From NCBI GenBank assembly GCA_038087875.1, contig CM075999.1:1800001-1864000 (forward strand): a stretch of 64,000 bases of DNA, written 5' to 3'. Shown piece after piece: positions 12,180 to 24,100 of the stretch (position 1 is the first letter of the stretch; every line of letters starts with the position of its first letter). Both the position numbers and the translations under genes were made by a program. This DNA comes from Malacoraja senta (lineage: Eukaryota). Under the pieces are notes generated by a model, which ran no database searches, was not told the DNA's origin, and worked only from the letters and a program-made list of their open reading frames with translations.

Positions 12180-12621
12180 CAATAGACAATAGACAATCGA
12201 CAATAGGTGCAGGAGTAGGCCGTTTGGCCCTTCGAGCCAGCACCGCCATTCAATGTGATCATGGCTGATCATCCCAATCAGTACCCTGTTCCTGCCTTCT
12301 CCCCATATCCCCTGACTCCGCTATTTTTAAGAGCCCTATCTAGCTCTCTCTTGAAAGCATCCAGAGAACCAGCCTCCACCGCCCTCTGAGGCAGAGAATT
12401 CCACAGACTCACCACTCTCTCTTTGAAAAATGTTTTTCTCATCTCGGTCCTAAAAGATTTCCCTCTTATCCTTAAACTGTGACCTCTTGTTCTGGACTCC
12501 CCCAACATCGGGAACAATCTTCCTGCATCTAGCCTGTCCAACCCCTTTAAGAATGTTGTAAGTTCTATAAGATCCCCCCTCAATCTTCTAAATTCTAGCG
12601 AGTACAAGCCGAGTCTATCCA
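12180..12621 (-). mobile_element. CR1 LINE 3' fragment, A/B chimera
   Basis: DRLGLYSLEFRRLRGDLIE...; 3' half matches subfamily B and 5' half matches subfamily A. Confidence 0.85.
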
Positions 12622-12937
12622 TAACATCCTGAGAACATGTGGTACAGACATTAGGACGTTCGAAGTTTAATCGGCCGATGTTACAAAAGACAGAGTGAAT
12701 CTTCATTCCACTGTGGCGAGACTGTGCTGTATAATATCATCATCTGCCTCTCGAGGGAAATGCTAATCCCTTACAATGACGGCAAATCTTTGCTGCACGA
12801 ATGCGATAAGGTTTTCTGAGCTTCATGGCGTGAGAGAGAAACCATGTTGGGGGGAAGTTATGGGGGGAAACTGATTCCACAAACAAATCGAAATCAAATC
12901 TGATTTTCTTCAGAAACCAGTCGCCAGTCACCAGTTT

Positions 12938-13338
12938 ATAGACACAGAAGCTGGAGTAACTCAGCGGGAGAGGGCGGCATCTCTGGAGAGAAGGAACGGG
13001 TGACGTTTCGGGTCGACACCCTTCTTCACAGGCACGGAAATCTCTGTCAAAACATGCGGGGGACAGATGTCTTGGCGGTATCGCGCGCATGCGTACACAC
13101 GCCCTTAGAAAGCGGCTGATAATTCTGGATGACAAAACATGGGAGGGGGGGATTGTCCCCCACTCTCATAAGCATGGGGGGGGGGGGACGTGGCCTCCCT
13201 GCCTCCCAGGATTCCGCCCCTGCTTCTTCAGGTCACCCGTTCCTTCTCTCCAGAGATGCTGCCCAGATCCGCTGAGTTATTCCAGCTTCTTGTGTGAATA
13301 TCTTCAGTTTAACCGGCATCTGCAGTTCCTTCCCACAC
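12938..13338. mobile_element. Inverted pair of Penelope pLTR fragments, interrupted by a hAT element
   Basis: GCTGGAGTAACTCAGCGG...CTCTGGAGAGAAGGAACGGGTGAC on the left and its reverse complement on the right. Confidence 0.75.
13029..13222. mobile_element. Non-autonomous hAT-like DNA transposon
   Basis: Perfect 8-bp TSD CTTCTTCA (13021-13028 / 13223-13230); imperfect TIRs CAGGCACGGAAATC / GATTCCGCCCCTG. Confidence 0.8.
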
Positions 13339-13768
13339 AGCGGTTTAGTTTATTGTCACGTGTATCGAGGTACAGGTACAGGTGGGGCATGTTGGTCAGT
13401 GGGGGCAAGTTGGGATGAAGGGCCTGTTTCCACACTGGTCGATCTCTATGAGAGGTCAGCATAGACCATGTTGAATTGGGGGAGAAAGCTTGTCAGAGCT
13501 GCATTCACCCAGGGAATTGAATATATGCAGAAACCAGAGAGGAAATAAGAAGCAATTTATATACTGGGTACAGTTGATTGCTACAATCATCACTGATCTG
13601 AATTAATTGTTCAATTAAACATAAACACCTGCAAAAATAGGTCATGTTTTAAATGTTGCAGGAGGAAGGGAAGAGAGGAACAATAATCTTGTACACAGAT
13701 CATGTCTGGGGACCTGGATTTGCTCCAAGAACAACTGGTCATACAATCTAGACAACATATGGCCCTAT

Positions 13769-14170
13769 AGACAATAGACAATAGACAATAGACAATAGAC
13801 AATAGACAATAGACAATAGACAATAGACAATAGGTGCAGGAGTAGGCCATTCGGCCCTTCGAACCAGCACCACCATTCAATGTGATCATGGCTGATCATC
13901 CACAATCAGTACCCCGTTCCTGCCGTCTCCCAATATCCCCTGACTCCGCTATTTTAAGAGCCCTATTGAGCTCTCCTCTTGAAAGTATCCAGAGAACCTG
14001 CCTCCACCGCCCTCTGAGGCAGAGAATTCCACAGACTCACAACTCTCTGTGAGAAAAAGTGTTTTCCTCGTCCCCGTTCTAAATGGCTTACCCCTTATTC
14101 TTAAACTGTGTGTGGCCCCTGGTTCTGGACTCCCCCAACATCGGGAACATGTTTCCTGCCTCTAGCGTGC
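13769..14170 (-). mobile_element. CR1 LINE 3' fragment (subfamily B) with long (GACAATA)n tail
   Basis: About 9 heptamer units, then reverse-complement CR1 3'UTR and ORF2 end. Confidence 0.9.
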
Positions 14171-14470
14171 CCTACATCTCCCTCAAGGCCCTTAGCAGAA
14201 GCGTCCACGTGGCGGGGCTGGAACTGGACGTATCCTGAGCTAATTCCGCTACCACCATCATCTACTGCGACAGGTGATGGCTCCCACTGATTGTCGCCGG
14301 AAGCTCGCGTCCTTTTCAGGCCAACATTTGTTACAAGATGGACACGAAAAGAAGAAGGAGTTCTCTCTCATGAGTGGTCGGCACCAGCCAATATCAGAGC
14401 TTACACACACCAGCCCACTTGCACTATTATGTTTATTTACTGTGTGTACGTATGTGACAATAGAAATATC

Positions 14471-14779
14471 TCCAGAGAACCGGCCTCCACCGCCCTCTGA
14501 GGCAGAGAATTCCACAGACTCACCACTCTCTGTGAGAAAAAGTGTTTCCTCATCTCCGTTCCAAATGGCTTGCTCCTTATTCTCAAACTGTGGCCGGTTC
14601 TCTGGATGCTTTCAAGAGAGAGCTGGACAGAGCTGTTAACGATAGCGGAGTCAAGGGATATGGGGAGAAGGCAGGAACGGGGTACTGATTGGGGATGATC
14701 AGCCATGATCACATTGAATGGCGGTGCTGGCTCGAGGGGCCGAATGGCCTACTCCTGCACCTATTGTCCTGTTGTCTAT
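14471..14779 (+). mobile_element. CR1 subfamily B fragment with inverted 5' segment
   Basis: 14471-14595 is antisense CR1 and 14592-14779 is the sense continuation; joined at GGCC. Confidence 0.8.
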
Positions 14780-15463
14780 AGAGGACATAGGTTTAAGGCG
14801 AAGGGGAAAAGATTGAATAGTAATCGGAGGGGTGACGTTTTCACACAGAGATTGGTGGGGGGATGGAACAAGCTGCCAGTAGGTCGGTATGGGGAAGATG
14901 GGCTGAAGGGCCTGTATCCACACTGTGTGCCTCTCGGCTGTTGTCAGCCAGGGGCAAGTGCAGCTCCCATAAAATTGAATTCATTGAATTCACACTGGAT
15001 TTCATTCCTACTGGATTTGAGTCTCCTGCATGGAACTATGGACGAAAGGCTCCGCTATTTAATTTTCTTTTCAGTGTAAAATAAAAGCGGCGTTGCTGCT
15101 GGATAGGACATAATTAAATACAGATGGACTGGAAATGAACATTTATGATAGTAAGTAAAATCTGTCTTGTAAACAGAGCCAGGGGAATTGATCATCTTTG
15201 CTTTCCAATCGTGGAACTGGCTGAATTTTAAGCTACTGCGTATGTGCCAGTGTTCTCTTTTCCAAACCCATCGCTTAATTATTCAATCCACCAGTCGCCA
15301 GTTGGTCAGCACTTAGCTGAAAGGTGTGCTGCTCCGTTGAACAAACTCTGCAATGAATCCAGAGAGGTCGACTTGCTGTTGCGTTCAGTCGGATTCTTAT
15401 TCAAATTCCCCTCTTCCCATCAGAACTGCTCCCCTCCATCGACTCCTTTAAGTCGAGACTTAA

Positions 15464-15677
15464 CATAGAAACATGGAAAATAGGTGCAGGAGTAGGCCAT
15501 TCGGCCCTTCGAGCCTGCACCGCCATTCAATATGATCATGGCTGATCATCCAACTCAGTATCCCGTACCTGCCTTCTCTCCATACCCCCTGATCCCTTTA
15601 GCCACAAGGGCCACATCTAACTCCCTCTTAAATATGGGCCAATGAACTGGCCTCAACTACCCTCTGTGGCAGAGATT
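15464..15677 (-). mobile_element. CR1 subfamily A 3' end
   Basis: Near-identical in reverse complement to the 3' part of 2003-2539. Confidence 0.85.
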
Positions 15678-15862
15678 TCATCTTTACTCTCAAGCCTTTC
15701 TTGACGTTCTCTGACGTGAGGGCTGTATGTATGTATTTATGTATGTACTTAATCTATGAACCACTGTTGTATAACGTTAGTATCTCCACCAATGGTAAAG
15801 CACTTTGGCCAACGAGAGTTGTTTTTTAAATGTGCTGTAGAAATAAAAGTGACTTGTCTTGA
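15678..15862 (+). mobile_element. L2-type LINE 3' end
   Basis: GTAAAGCACTTTGGCCAACGAGAGTTGTTTTTTAAATGTGCTGTAGAAATAAA plus (GACTT)n-like end, resembling fish L2 tails; related copy at 44702-44927. Confidence 0.6.
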
Positions 15863-16582
15863 TAATATCCTGACTTGGTTTACTCCCAAAATGCTGGAGT
15901 AACTCAGCGGGTCAGGCAGCATCTCTGGAGAGAAGGAATGGGTGACCTTTCGGGTCGAGACCCTTCTTCCGACTGATTTAAACCAGCATCTGCAATTATA
16001 TCCTACTTGGTTTAGTTTGGTTTAGACTTCTGGCACGGAAACAGGCCCTTCGGTCCATCGAGTCCATGCCGACCATCCTTGGAGCGCAGGAGAAGGAGGG
16101 ATGGTCCTATAGAGATGTATAAGGTTGATTAGTGCGGGTGTCAGGGGTTATGGGGAGAAGGCAGGAGATGGGGTAGGAGGGAGAGATAGATCAGCCATGA
16201 CTGAATGGGGAGTAGACTTGATGGGCTGAATGGCCTAATTCTGCTCCTATCACATATGACCGTGTGTATAAGATCATGAGAGGAAGAGATAGGGTGATTG
16301 CAGAGTCTTTTACACCCCGAGTCAGAGAATTAGTAGTTTGTGTGTTATCCCACATTCTCATGCACTCCCTACACACTAGGGGGGCAATCTACAGAGGCCA
16401 AGTAACCTACAAACCCGCACGTCTTTGGGATGTGGGAGGAATCCAGAGAGCCTGGAGGAAACCCACGCGGTCACAGGGAGAACGTGCAAACTCGACACGG
16501 ACAGAATCAATCTCACCCGAGGTCAAGATGGAACCTAGGCTCTACCAGCTGGGCTGCCCATTGGGAATGAAAGAGGTGGTTT

Positions 16583-17118
16583 TGTACCAAATCTGAGGAA
16601 GGACATTATAGCCATAGAGGAGTGCAGAGAAGGGTCACCAGACTGATTCCTGGGATGTCAGGACTTTCATATGAAGAAAGACTGGATAGACTTGGCTTAT
16701 ACTCGCTAGAATTTTAGGAGATTGAGAGGGGATCTTATAGAAACGTACAAAATTCTTATGGGGTTGGACAGGCTAGATGCAGGAAGATTGTTCCCGATGT
16801 TGGGGAAGTCCAGGACAAGGGGTCACAGCTTAAGGATAAGGGGGAAAACCTTTAAGACCGAGATGAGGAAAAAATTTCCACACAGAAAGTGGTGAATCTC
16901 TGGAACTCTCTGCCACAGAGGGTAGTTGAGGCCAGTTCATTGGCTATATTTAAGAGGGAGTTAGATGTGGCCCTTGTGGCTAAAGGGATCAGGGGGTATG
17001 GAGAGAAGGCAGGTACGGGATACTGAGTTGGATGATCAGCCATGATCATATTGAATGGCGGTGCAGGCTCGAAGGGCCGAATGGCCTACTCCTGCACCTA
17101 GTTTCTATGTTTCTATGT
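16583..17118 (+). mobile_element. CR1 subfamily A 3' fragment (frameshifted)
   Basis: Near-identical to 2003-2539. Confidence 0.9.
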
Positions 17119-17190
17119 TATTCTGCAGCTATCCTCGTCCTAATGAGGGTCGGCACGGTACGAATAAGAACTGACTGACGGCCTTAAGAA

Positions 17191-17608
17191 GGAGTTTAGA
17201 AGGATGAGCGGGTATCTCATTGAAACATATAAGATTGTTAAGGGCTTGGGCACACTAGAGGCAGGAAACATGTTCCCGATGTTGGGGGAGTCCAGAACCA
17301 GGGGGCCACACACAGTTTAAGAATAAGGAGTAAGCCATTTAGAACGGAGACGAGGAAACACTTTTTTCTCACAGAGAGTTGTGAGTCTGTGGAATTCTCT
17401 GCCTCAGAGGGCGGTGGGGGCCGGTTCTCTGGATGCTTTCAAGAGAGAGAGCCAGATAGGGCTCTTAAAAATAGCTGAGCCAGGGGATATGGGGAGAAGG
17501 CAGGAACGGGGTACTGATTGGGGATGATCAGCCATGATCACATTGAATGGCGGTGCTGGCTCGAAGGGCCGAATGGCCTACTCCTGCACCTATTGTCTAT
17601 TGTCTATT
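17191..17608 (+). mobile_element. CR1 subfamily B 3' fragment
   Basis: GGAGTTTAGAAGGATGAG...CACCTATTGTCTATTGTCTAT. Confidence 0.9.
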
Positions 17609-18389
17609 ATCACACCATCCGTAGCCACCAATCGGCCCAGCAAGGAACCTCCCTACCGACCTATCAGTTGCCAACCCAGATTTGCCCTGGTCTTCTCTTG
17701 CTTCCAGTTCTTCCAATCTCCCCCCACCCCCCCCCCCGTACAATCCGTCTGAAGAAGGGTTCCCAGGAAATAGATGTCGCCACAACGCGGCCCACTCCGC
17801 CGTCGAGATAGCCTTCCGTCTGACTCCTCCCTCTCTGGGCCGGCGTGCCGGGTGGGTTCCCAGTCCGCGGCGAGTCAGCTGGGACTTCCGGGCTTCCGTA
17901 CCAAGGTATGCAAAGAGTCTCCACATAAAGGGCGCCGATAACCAAGTCACAAAGTGTTCCCTGTGTGGTCCCCTTAGATCCGGCTGTGGTTTTACCGGGA
18001 TTCTCCCGCCAGGCAGCTCGCCGGGATTATAATACACCTCGTAATCTGCAGGGAAGAACTGCAGAAGCTGGTTTAAAAACCGATGATAGGCACAAAATGC
18101 TGGAGTAACTCAGCAGGACAGGCAGCATCTCTGGAGAGAGGGAATGGGTGACGTTTCGGGTCGAGACCCTTCTCCAGACTCGAATGGCCGCAATCATTAG
18201 GTCATAAGTTCTAGGAGCAGAATTAGGCCATTTGGGCCATCAAATCTACTCCGCCATTCAACCTTCTTCTTCTTCTCCTTGCGTGTGGCGTGCACTGCCT
18301 AATGTTATAGGACAACTTGTTCGATTTGATCCTTCTGAACCTTCTGAATTTTGTAGTCGGCAGGGCAGAACTCTGCATATCGCCAACTT

Positions 18390-18591
18390 GGACAATTTTA
18401 CATTTACACCAAGCCAATTAAACCTACAAACCTGCACGTCTTTGGAGTGTGGGAGGAAACCGAAGATCTCGGAGAAAACCCACGGGGAGAACGTACAAAC
18501 TCCGTACAGACAGCACCCGTAGTCGCATCGAACCCGGGTCTCTGGCGCTGCATTTTGCTGTAAGGCAGCAACTCTACCGCTGCGCCACCGT
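18390..18591 (-). mobile_element. HE1-like SINE, 5' part
   Basis: Reverse-complement tRNA head and central domain. Confidence 0.85.
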
Positions 18592-19652
18592 GACTTCCGT
18601 GATCTTATTTGATTGGAGCACGCCAGGTTGATTGCATTCGTCGAAACAGATGAAGGTTGCAATCTCCCCCCCCCGCCATTCAATCATGGCTGATCTATCT
18701 CTCCCTCCTAACCCCATTCTCCGGCTTTCACCCCATAACCCCTGACACCCGTACTAGTCAAGAATCCACCTGCCTCCATTGACTTAAAAAATATCCATCG
18801 ACTTGGCCTCCACAGCCGTCTGTGGCAATGAATTCCGCAGAGTGAAAACTTACTGTAAATGACGGGGAATCACAGTTACTGGACCATGACTTCTGCTTTG
18901 ACAATCCGTCTCTTTCATTTGAGTTGCGACGAGTTACCGTTCAGACCCAGAGCATTCCTTCATCAGGCAGGGATCGACAGGGAAAGGGATCAAGAACCGG
19001 AGTTACTAGTACAGACACGATGGGCCGAATGTACTCCCCAGTACCAAACATTTCCCCGACTCACTGACTAATCATCTGAACTCTGCAAGCATTGTGCTGA
19101 AACACTCTCGCTCCCTGCTCCAATAAGCATTTAGTTTCCACAACCAACAATCTTCCAATGATGTGTTAAGATTATTATGCGCAGATGTGCTATGAATTGT
19201 AAAGCATTCTCTGAAATGCTGCTTACAGCGTCCTCAGAGGGACATTAGATATTTATGGAAAACCAAAATACTGCCGGATGATGGGGAAAATGGGACTAAT
19301 TATATTGCTCTGTTAACGAGCTGGCGTCAATATGTTGGGCTGATTGGCAGCCTTCTCGGCCATCAATCTCTTTGGATTGCACGACCATGAAATGACTGGA
19401 TTCCAGGAGTGCAATGGCCTTGAGTTTTGGCATCTGCTCTTCAATCTACCATCATCCTAAGGAGGCACATGGAAGTGCAGATGCTGGTTTACATAAAAAA
19501 AAGACACAAACTGCTGGAGTAACTCAATGGGTCCGGCAGCAATCTTCATCCAAAGTATCATTCATTCATTCATTCATTCATCCTTGGAGAAAATATGTAG
19601 GTGATGTTTAGGTCGGAACCCTTCTTCAGACCTCTGGAGAACATGGATATGT

Positions 19653-19970
19653 GACAATAGACAATAGACAATAGGTGCAGGAGTAGGCCATTTGCCCCTT
19701 CGTGCCAGCACCGCCATTCAATGTGATCATGGCTGATCATCCCCAATCAGTACCTCGTTCCTGCCTTCTCCCCAATATCCCCTGATCCGCTATCTTTAAG
19801 AGCCGTATCTAGCTCTCTCTTGAAAGTATCCAGAGAACCGGCCTCCACTGTTCTCTGAGGCAGAGAATTCCACAGACTCACAACTCTCTGTGAGAAAAGT
19901 GTTTCCTCGTCTCCGTTCTAAAGGGCTTACCCCTTATTCTGAAACTGTGTGGCCCCTGGTTCTGGACTGC
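19653..19970 (-). mobile_element. CR1 subfamily B 3' fragment
   Basis: (GACAATA)n plus reverse-complement CR1 3' end. Confidence 0.88.
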
Positions 19971-21144
19971 CCCTTTCAGGTCACCACCCTACTTCAGACT
20001 GGGTGACTTTTCATTTTCATAATGAAGAGAGGTCCCAAAACTACCCGAAATGTCACCTATCCGTGTTCTCCACAGATGCTGCCAGCTTGGCTGTGTGGTC
20101 ATTAAATACTATACTATACTATACTATACTATACTATACTATGCTGCCTGACCTGCTGAGATACACCAGCACTTTGTGTCTTTTTGTATCTACCAGAATC
20201 ACATTTAGAGCAAAACTACTGTCAGGGTATATACGTGTGTTACCAAAGAGAAGTTATGGAAAGTCAGTCAGTTCAGTTCAGATTCGTTTATTGTCACGAG
20301 TACCGAGGTACAGTGAAAAGCTTTTGTTGTGTGCTATCCAGTCAGTGGAAAGACAATACATGATTACAATAGACAATAGACAATAGGTGCAGGAGTAGGC
20401 CATTCGGCCCTTCGAGCCAGCACCGCCATTCACTGTGATCATGGCTGATCATCCCCAATCAGTACCCCGTTCCTGCCTTCTCTAGCTGGATTTTGAAATG
20501 TTCAAAATCGTTTGGCGACACTGATACGACGCCGGCAGTCGCCGAAATAAATCGGCAAGTGGGACAGGCCCTTTAGGCAGCAACTCTACCGCTGGGCCTC
20601 CTTGCCACCCATCTCTTCTTTCCCACTCTGCCTGCCTTACAATGCAAATTGATTCTTATATTTCATTTCTAGATTTATTTTGCAGATCTATTTACCATTC
20701 CAATTAACCTTCTCTATTTTATTTCCTCTCTCTCTCGGTTTCTGGAGAACGGTGGGTGAGAAACCTCTGCCATTGTTTCTGCACGAGGTTACGTGTCTTT
20801 TAAAAGATAAAATACTATTTGTCGCCTGAGGATAAATGCTAAAACATGTGTTTTAAACAGCAAGTCAGCACCCTGAAACAATTGATGACTTAATTCTAAA
20901 CTTTCATTTGCTAATGTTCGCTTTTGCCCTCTAGCCTCTTGCATCAGCGGTGGTATTTCAGCCTGACACCTTTAAACTTGTAACAAGTGTTAGGCAGATT
21001 TATCATCACACATTTCCGCCCGTGACTGATACCCTGCATGCTTTTATGCTAGAAAGAGCTATCTCTGCTGCTGATAGCTATTAGTTCATGCTGCGAACAG
21101 GTCAGGAATTAACACGGTGGCGCAGCGGTAGAGTTGCTGCCTTA

Positions 21145-21493
21145 AAGCCCTGTCCCACGGTACGGGTTCATTCCAAGAGATCTCCCGAGTTTAAAAAAAA
21201 ATCAAACTCGTGGTAAGCACGGAGAATGAACGTAGCGGGTACGTCGGAGCTCGGGGACGTCTCTTGGCGCTAATGGCAGGTACTCGGAAGACTCGCTAAC
21301 GGCAGGTACTCGGGAAGACTCGCTAACGGCAGGTAAGCACGGGAAGACTCATGAAGATTTTTCAACATGATGAAAAATGTCCACGAGAGCCCCGAGTACC
21401 GACGAGCGGCCATTACCGTAAATCTCCCGAATTCGAATCAGGCAAACTCGGGGAGAGCTCTTGGAATGAACTCGTACCGTGGGACAGGGGCGT
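21145..21493. mobile_element. PIF/Harbinger-like MITE (same family as 3963-4281)
   Basis: TIRs CCCTGTCCCACGGTACG...CGTACCGTGGGACAGGG; flanks TTA/TCA; inserted in the SINE head. Confidence 0.8.
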
Positions 21494-21640
21494 TCACGGC
21501 ACCGGAGACCCAGGTTCGATCCCGGCTACGGCTGCCGTCTGTACGGAGTTTGCACGTTCTCCCCGTGACCTGCGTGGGGTTTTCCTCCGAGATCTTCGGT
21601 TTCCTCCCGCACACTCCAAAGACGTACAGGTTTGTAGGTT

Positions 21641-21755
21641 TCTCCCCACCCCCTATCAGTCTGAAGAAGGGTTTCGGCCCGAAATGTTGCCTATTTCCTT
21701 CGCTCCATAGATGCTGCTGCACCCGCTGAGTTTCTCCAGCATTTTTGTGTACCTT
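21641..21755 (+). mobile_element. 115-bp Penelope-derived insertion containing a hammerhead core
   Basis: Perfect 14-bp TSD CAGGTTTGTAGGTT (21627-21640 / 21756-21769); CTGAAGAAGGGTTTCGGCCCGAAA at 21661. Confidence 0.8.
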
Positions 21756-22399
21756 CAGGTTTGTAGGTTAATTGGCTTGGTATAAATGTGAACTGTCCCT
21801 GGTGTGTGTGTGTGTGTGGGAGAGTGTTCGTGCGCAGGGATCGCTGGTCGGCGCGGAGTCAGTGGGCCCAAGGGCCTGTTTCCACGGTCTTGGGAAACTA
21901 AAAGCAAATACCAAAATTAAACAAAACCTAAGTTGTGGGTGTCAGAGGCAGTGAAATAGTCAGATCCACCATCAGACAATAGACAATAGACAACAGAGCT
22001 GGAGAGGTTGTGATAAGACCATAAGATCATTAGACATAGGAGCAGAATTAGGCCATTCGGCCCATCAAGTCTACGCACCATTCAATCATCGCCAATCTAT
22101 CAAATGACAGACACAAAATGCTGGAGTAACTCATCGGGGCAAGCAGCATCTGCAGGGTTGTTCTTTAAATAGTTCAGGAGACAGTCTTCGAACAAATGCA
22201 CAAGATTATTCATGAGAAAAACATCTCTAATTAGCCATGAAGAGTGGACCAGTTTGAAGTTCATATGAAACAAAAAAGTTTTGGATACAGAAACGATGCA
22301 ATTCCATTGGGGATAGATAATTACCATGAGGGTTTTTTTTTGCAAAGAATAAAAATATTGTAATATTTGTTTATAGCTGACATCTGCTCCTTTCATCCT

Positions 22400-22695
22400 G
22401 TTTAGTTTAGAGATACAGACCCTCAGCCCACCGAGTCCACGCCAACCGGCAATCCCCGCACACTCACGCTATCCTACACACACTAGGGACAGTTCACGTT
22501 TACACCAAAGGCAATTAACCTACAAACCTGCGTGTCTTTGGAGTGCGGGAGGAAACCAAAGATCTCGGAGAAAACCCACGCGGGTCACGGGGAGAACGTG
22601 CAAACTCCGTACAGACAGCACCCGTAGTCGGGATCGAACCCGGGTCCCTGGCGCTGTGAGGCAGCAACTCTACCGCTGCCCCACCGTGACGCCCC
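22400..22695 (-). mobile_element. HE1-like V-SINE
   Basis: Complete reverse-complement copy. Confidence 0.88.
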
Positions 22696-22785
22696 TATCA
22701 TTCAATACAATCGCTCGTCCCTTTTGAAACTGTGTACGCCTCGATTTTAATCATGTCCGCTGACCGGAGAGCACGCAAACAAGAA

Positions 22786-23052
22786 TTTAAGACTGAGGTG
22801 AGAAAAACGTTTTCACCCAGAGAGTTGTGAATCTGTGGAATTCCCTGCCACAGAGGGCAGTGGAGGCCAAGTCACTGGATGGATTTAAGAGAGAGTTAGA
22901 TAGAGCTCTAGGGGGGCTAGTGGAGTCGAGGGATATGGGGAGAAGGCAGGCACGGGTTATTGATAGGGGACGATCAGCCATGATCACAATGAATGGCGGT
23001 GCTGGCTCGAAGGGCCGAATGGCCTCCTCCTGCACCTATTTTCTATGTTTCT
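22786..23052 (+). mobile_element. CR1 3' fragment (subfamily C)
   Basis: VNLWNSLPQRAVEAKSLDGFKRELDRAL; TTCTATGT tail. Confidence 0.88.
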
Positions 23053-23797
23053 AAGAAAGCTTTTCACTACACGTGGCAAAAAACTAAACCGAACTGAACT
23101 GGCAATCTGAGGCTTTTATTGATCTGACTGAGAACATAAACCATGATGTAATCCTACCCCCATAAACTGTGACACCCCACTTCATGAAGTCAGCATACAG
23201 ACAGCACCCGTGGTCAGGATCGAACCCGGGTCTCTGGCGCTGTGAGGCAGCATCTCTACCGCTGCGCCACCACCGCGATGCCCTTGCCCTCTAGACCGTC
23301 CATGCAAATCCCCTTCCACACAACGGTGCCCATCTTGGCACCAGACGCGACTTTACTGCCGCATCCCATAAACCTCCAGAACCTCAATCAGAATCTTGGC
23401 AATAAATTGAAATGAGGCATAACTAAATGCTTGGGATTAATTGCAGAGAGAGTGCGAGCAGCAGGAGGCTGGGCAGAATGATTAAGCAGCCAAATAGAGA
23501 TGGCGGCGTTCGGTAGATCGACAGCCAGCATCCTGGATGTGAACTTGGCTCACGTATCCTGCATGTAACAGCAGCTCAATTACAGGACAACTCTGCTCCC
23601 CTCCAACCCTCAAGTTCATCTTCAAAGATGCAGCGACAGACAGCAGCCAGATGCAAGTCTCCCCCACCAAACTAGCCAATTAGTTCACTTAACTGGATGT
23701 ACACATGTAGTTTGACATTGTGGGTGACAGGTTTTTATTTACTGCATTGCCTTGCTGTTAGTTCATCTGCATTCGTCCTTCGGAAACGGCTGAAAAG

Positions 23798-24100
23798 CCG
23801 CAGAAGTGTGAAAAGGAACACCTCCAGATTCAGAGACAGTTTCTTCCCAGCTGTTATCAGGCAACTGAACCATCCTACCACAACCAGAGAGCGGTCCTGA
23901 ACTACTATCTACCTCATTGCAGACCCTCGGACTATCCTTGACCGGACTTTGCTGGCTTCACCTTGCATCAAAAGTTATTATCAGGAGTCTGTACACTGCG
24001 AATGGCTCGATTGTAATCGTGTATTGTCTTTCCGCTGACTGGTTAGCCCGCAACAAACAGCTATTCACTGTACCTCGGTACACGTGACAATAAACTAAAC
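23798..24100 (+). mobile_element. Rex1/Babar LINE 3' fragment
   Basis: RSVKRNTSRFRDSFFPAVIRQLN; GACAATAAACTAAAC end. Confidence 0.75.

Larger units (their letters stand above)
21113..21900 (+). mobile_element. HE1-like SINE carrying two nested insertions
   Basis: SINE is contiguous once 21145-21493 and 21641-21755 (plus their duplications) are removed. Confidence 0.85.

Noticed and set aside
14171..14395. Possible RTE LINE 3' remnant or exon
   Set aside because: Only a vague resemblance, with stops in the candidate frames; cannot support a call
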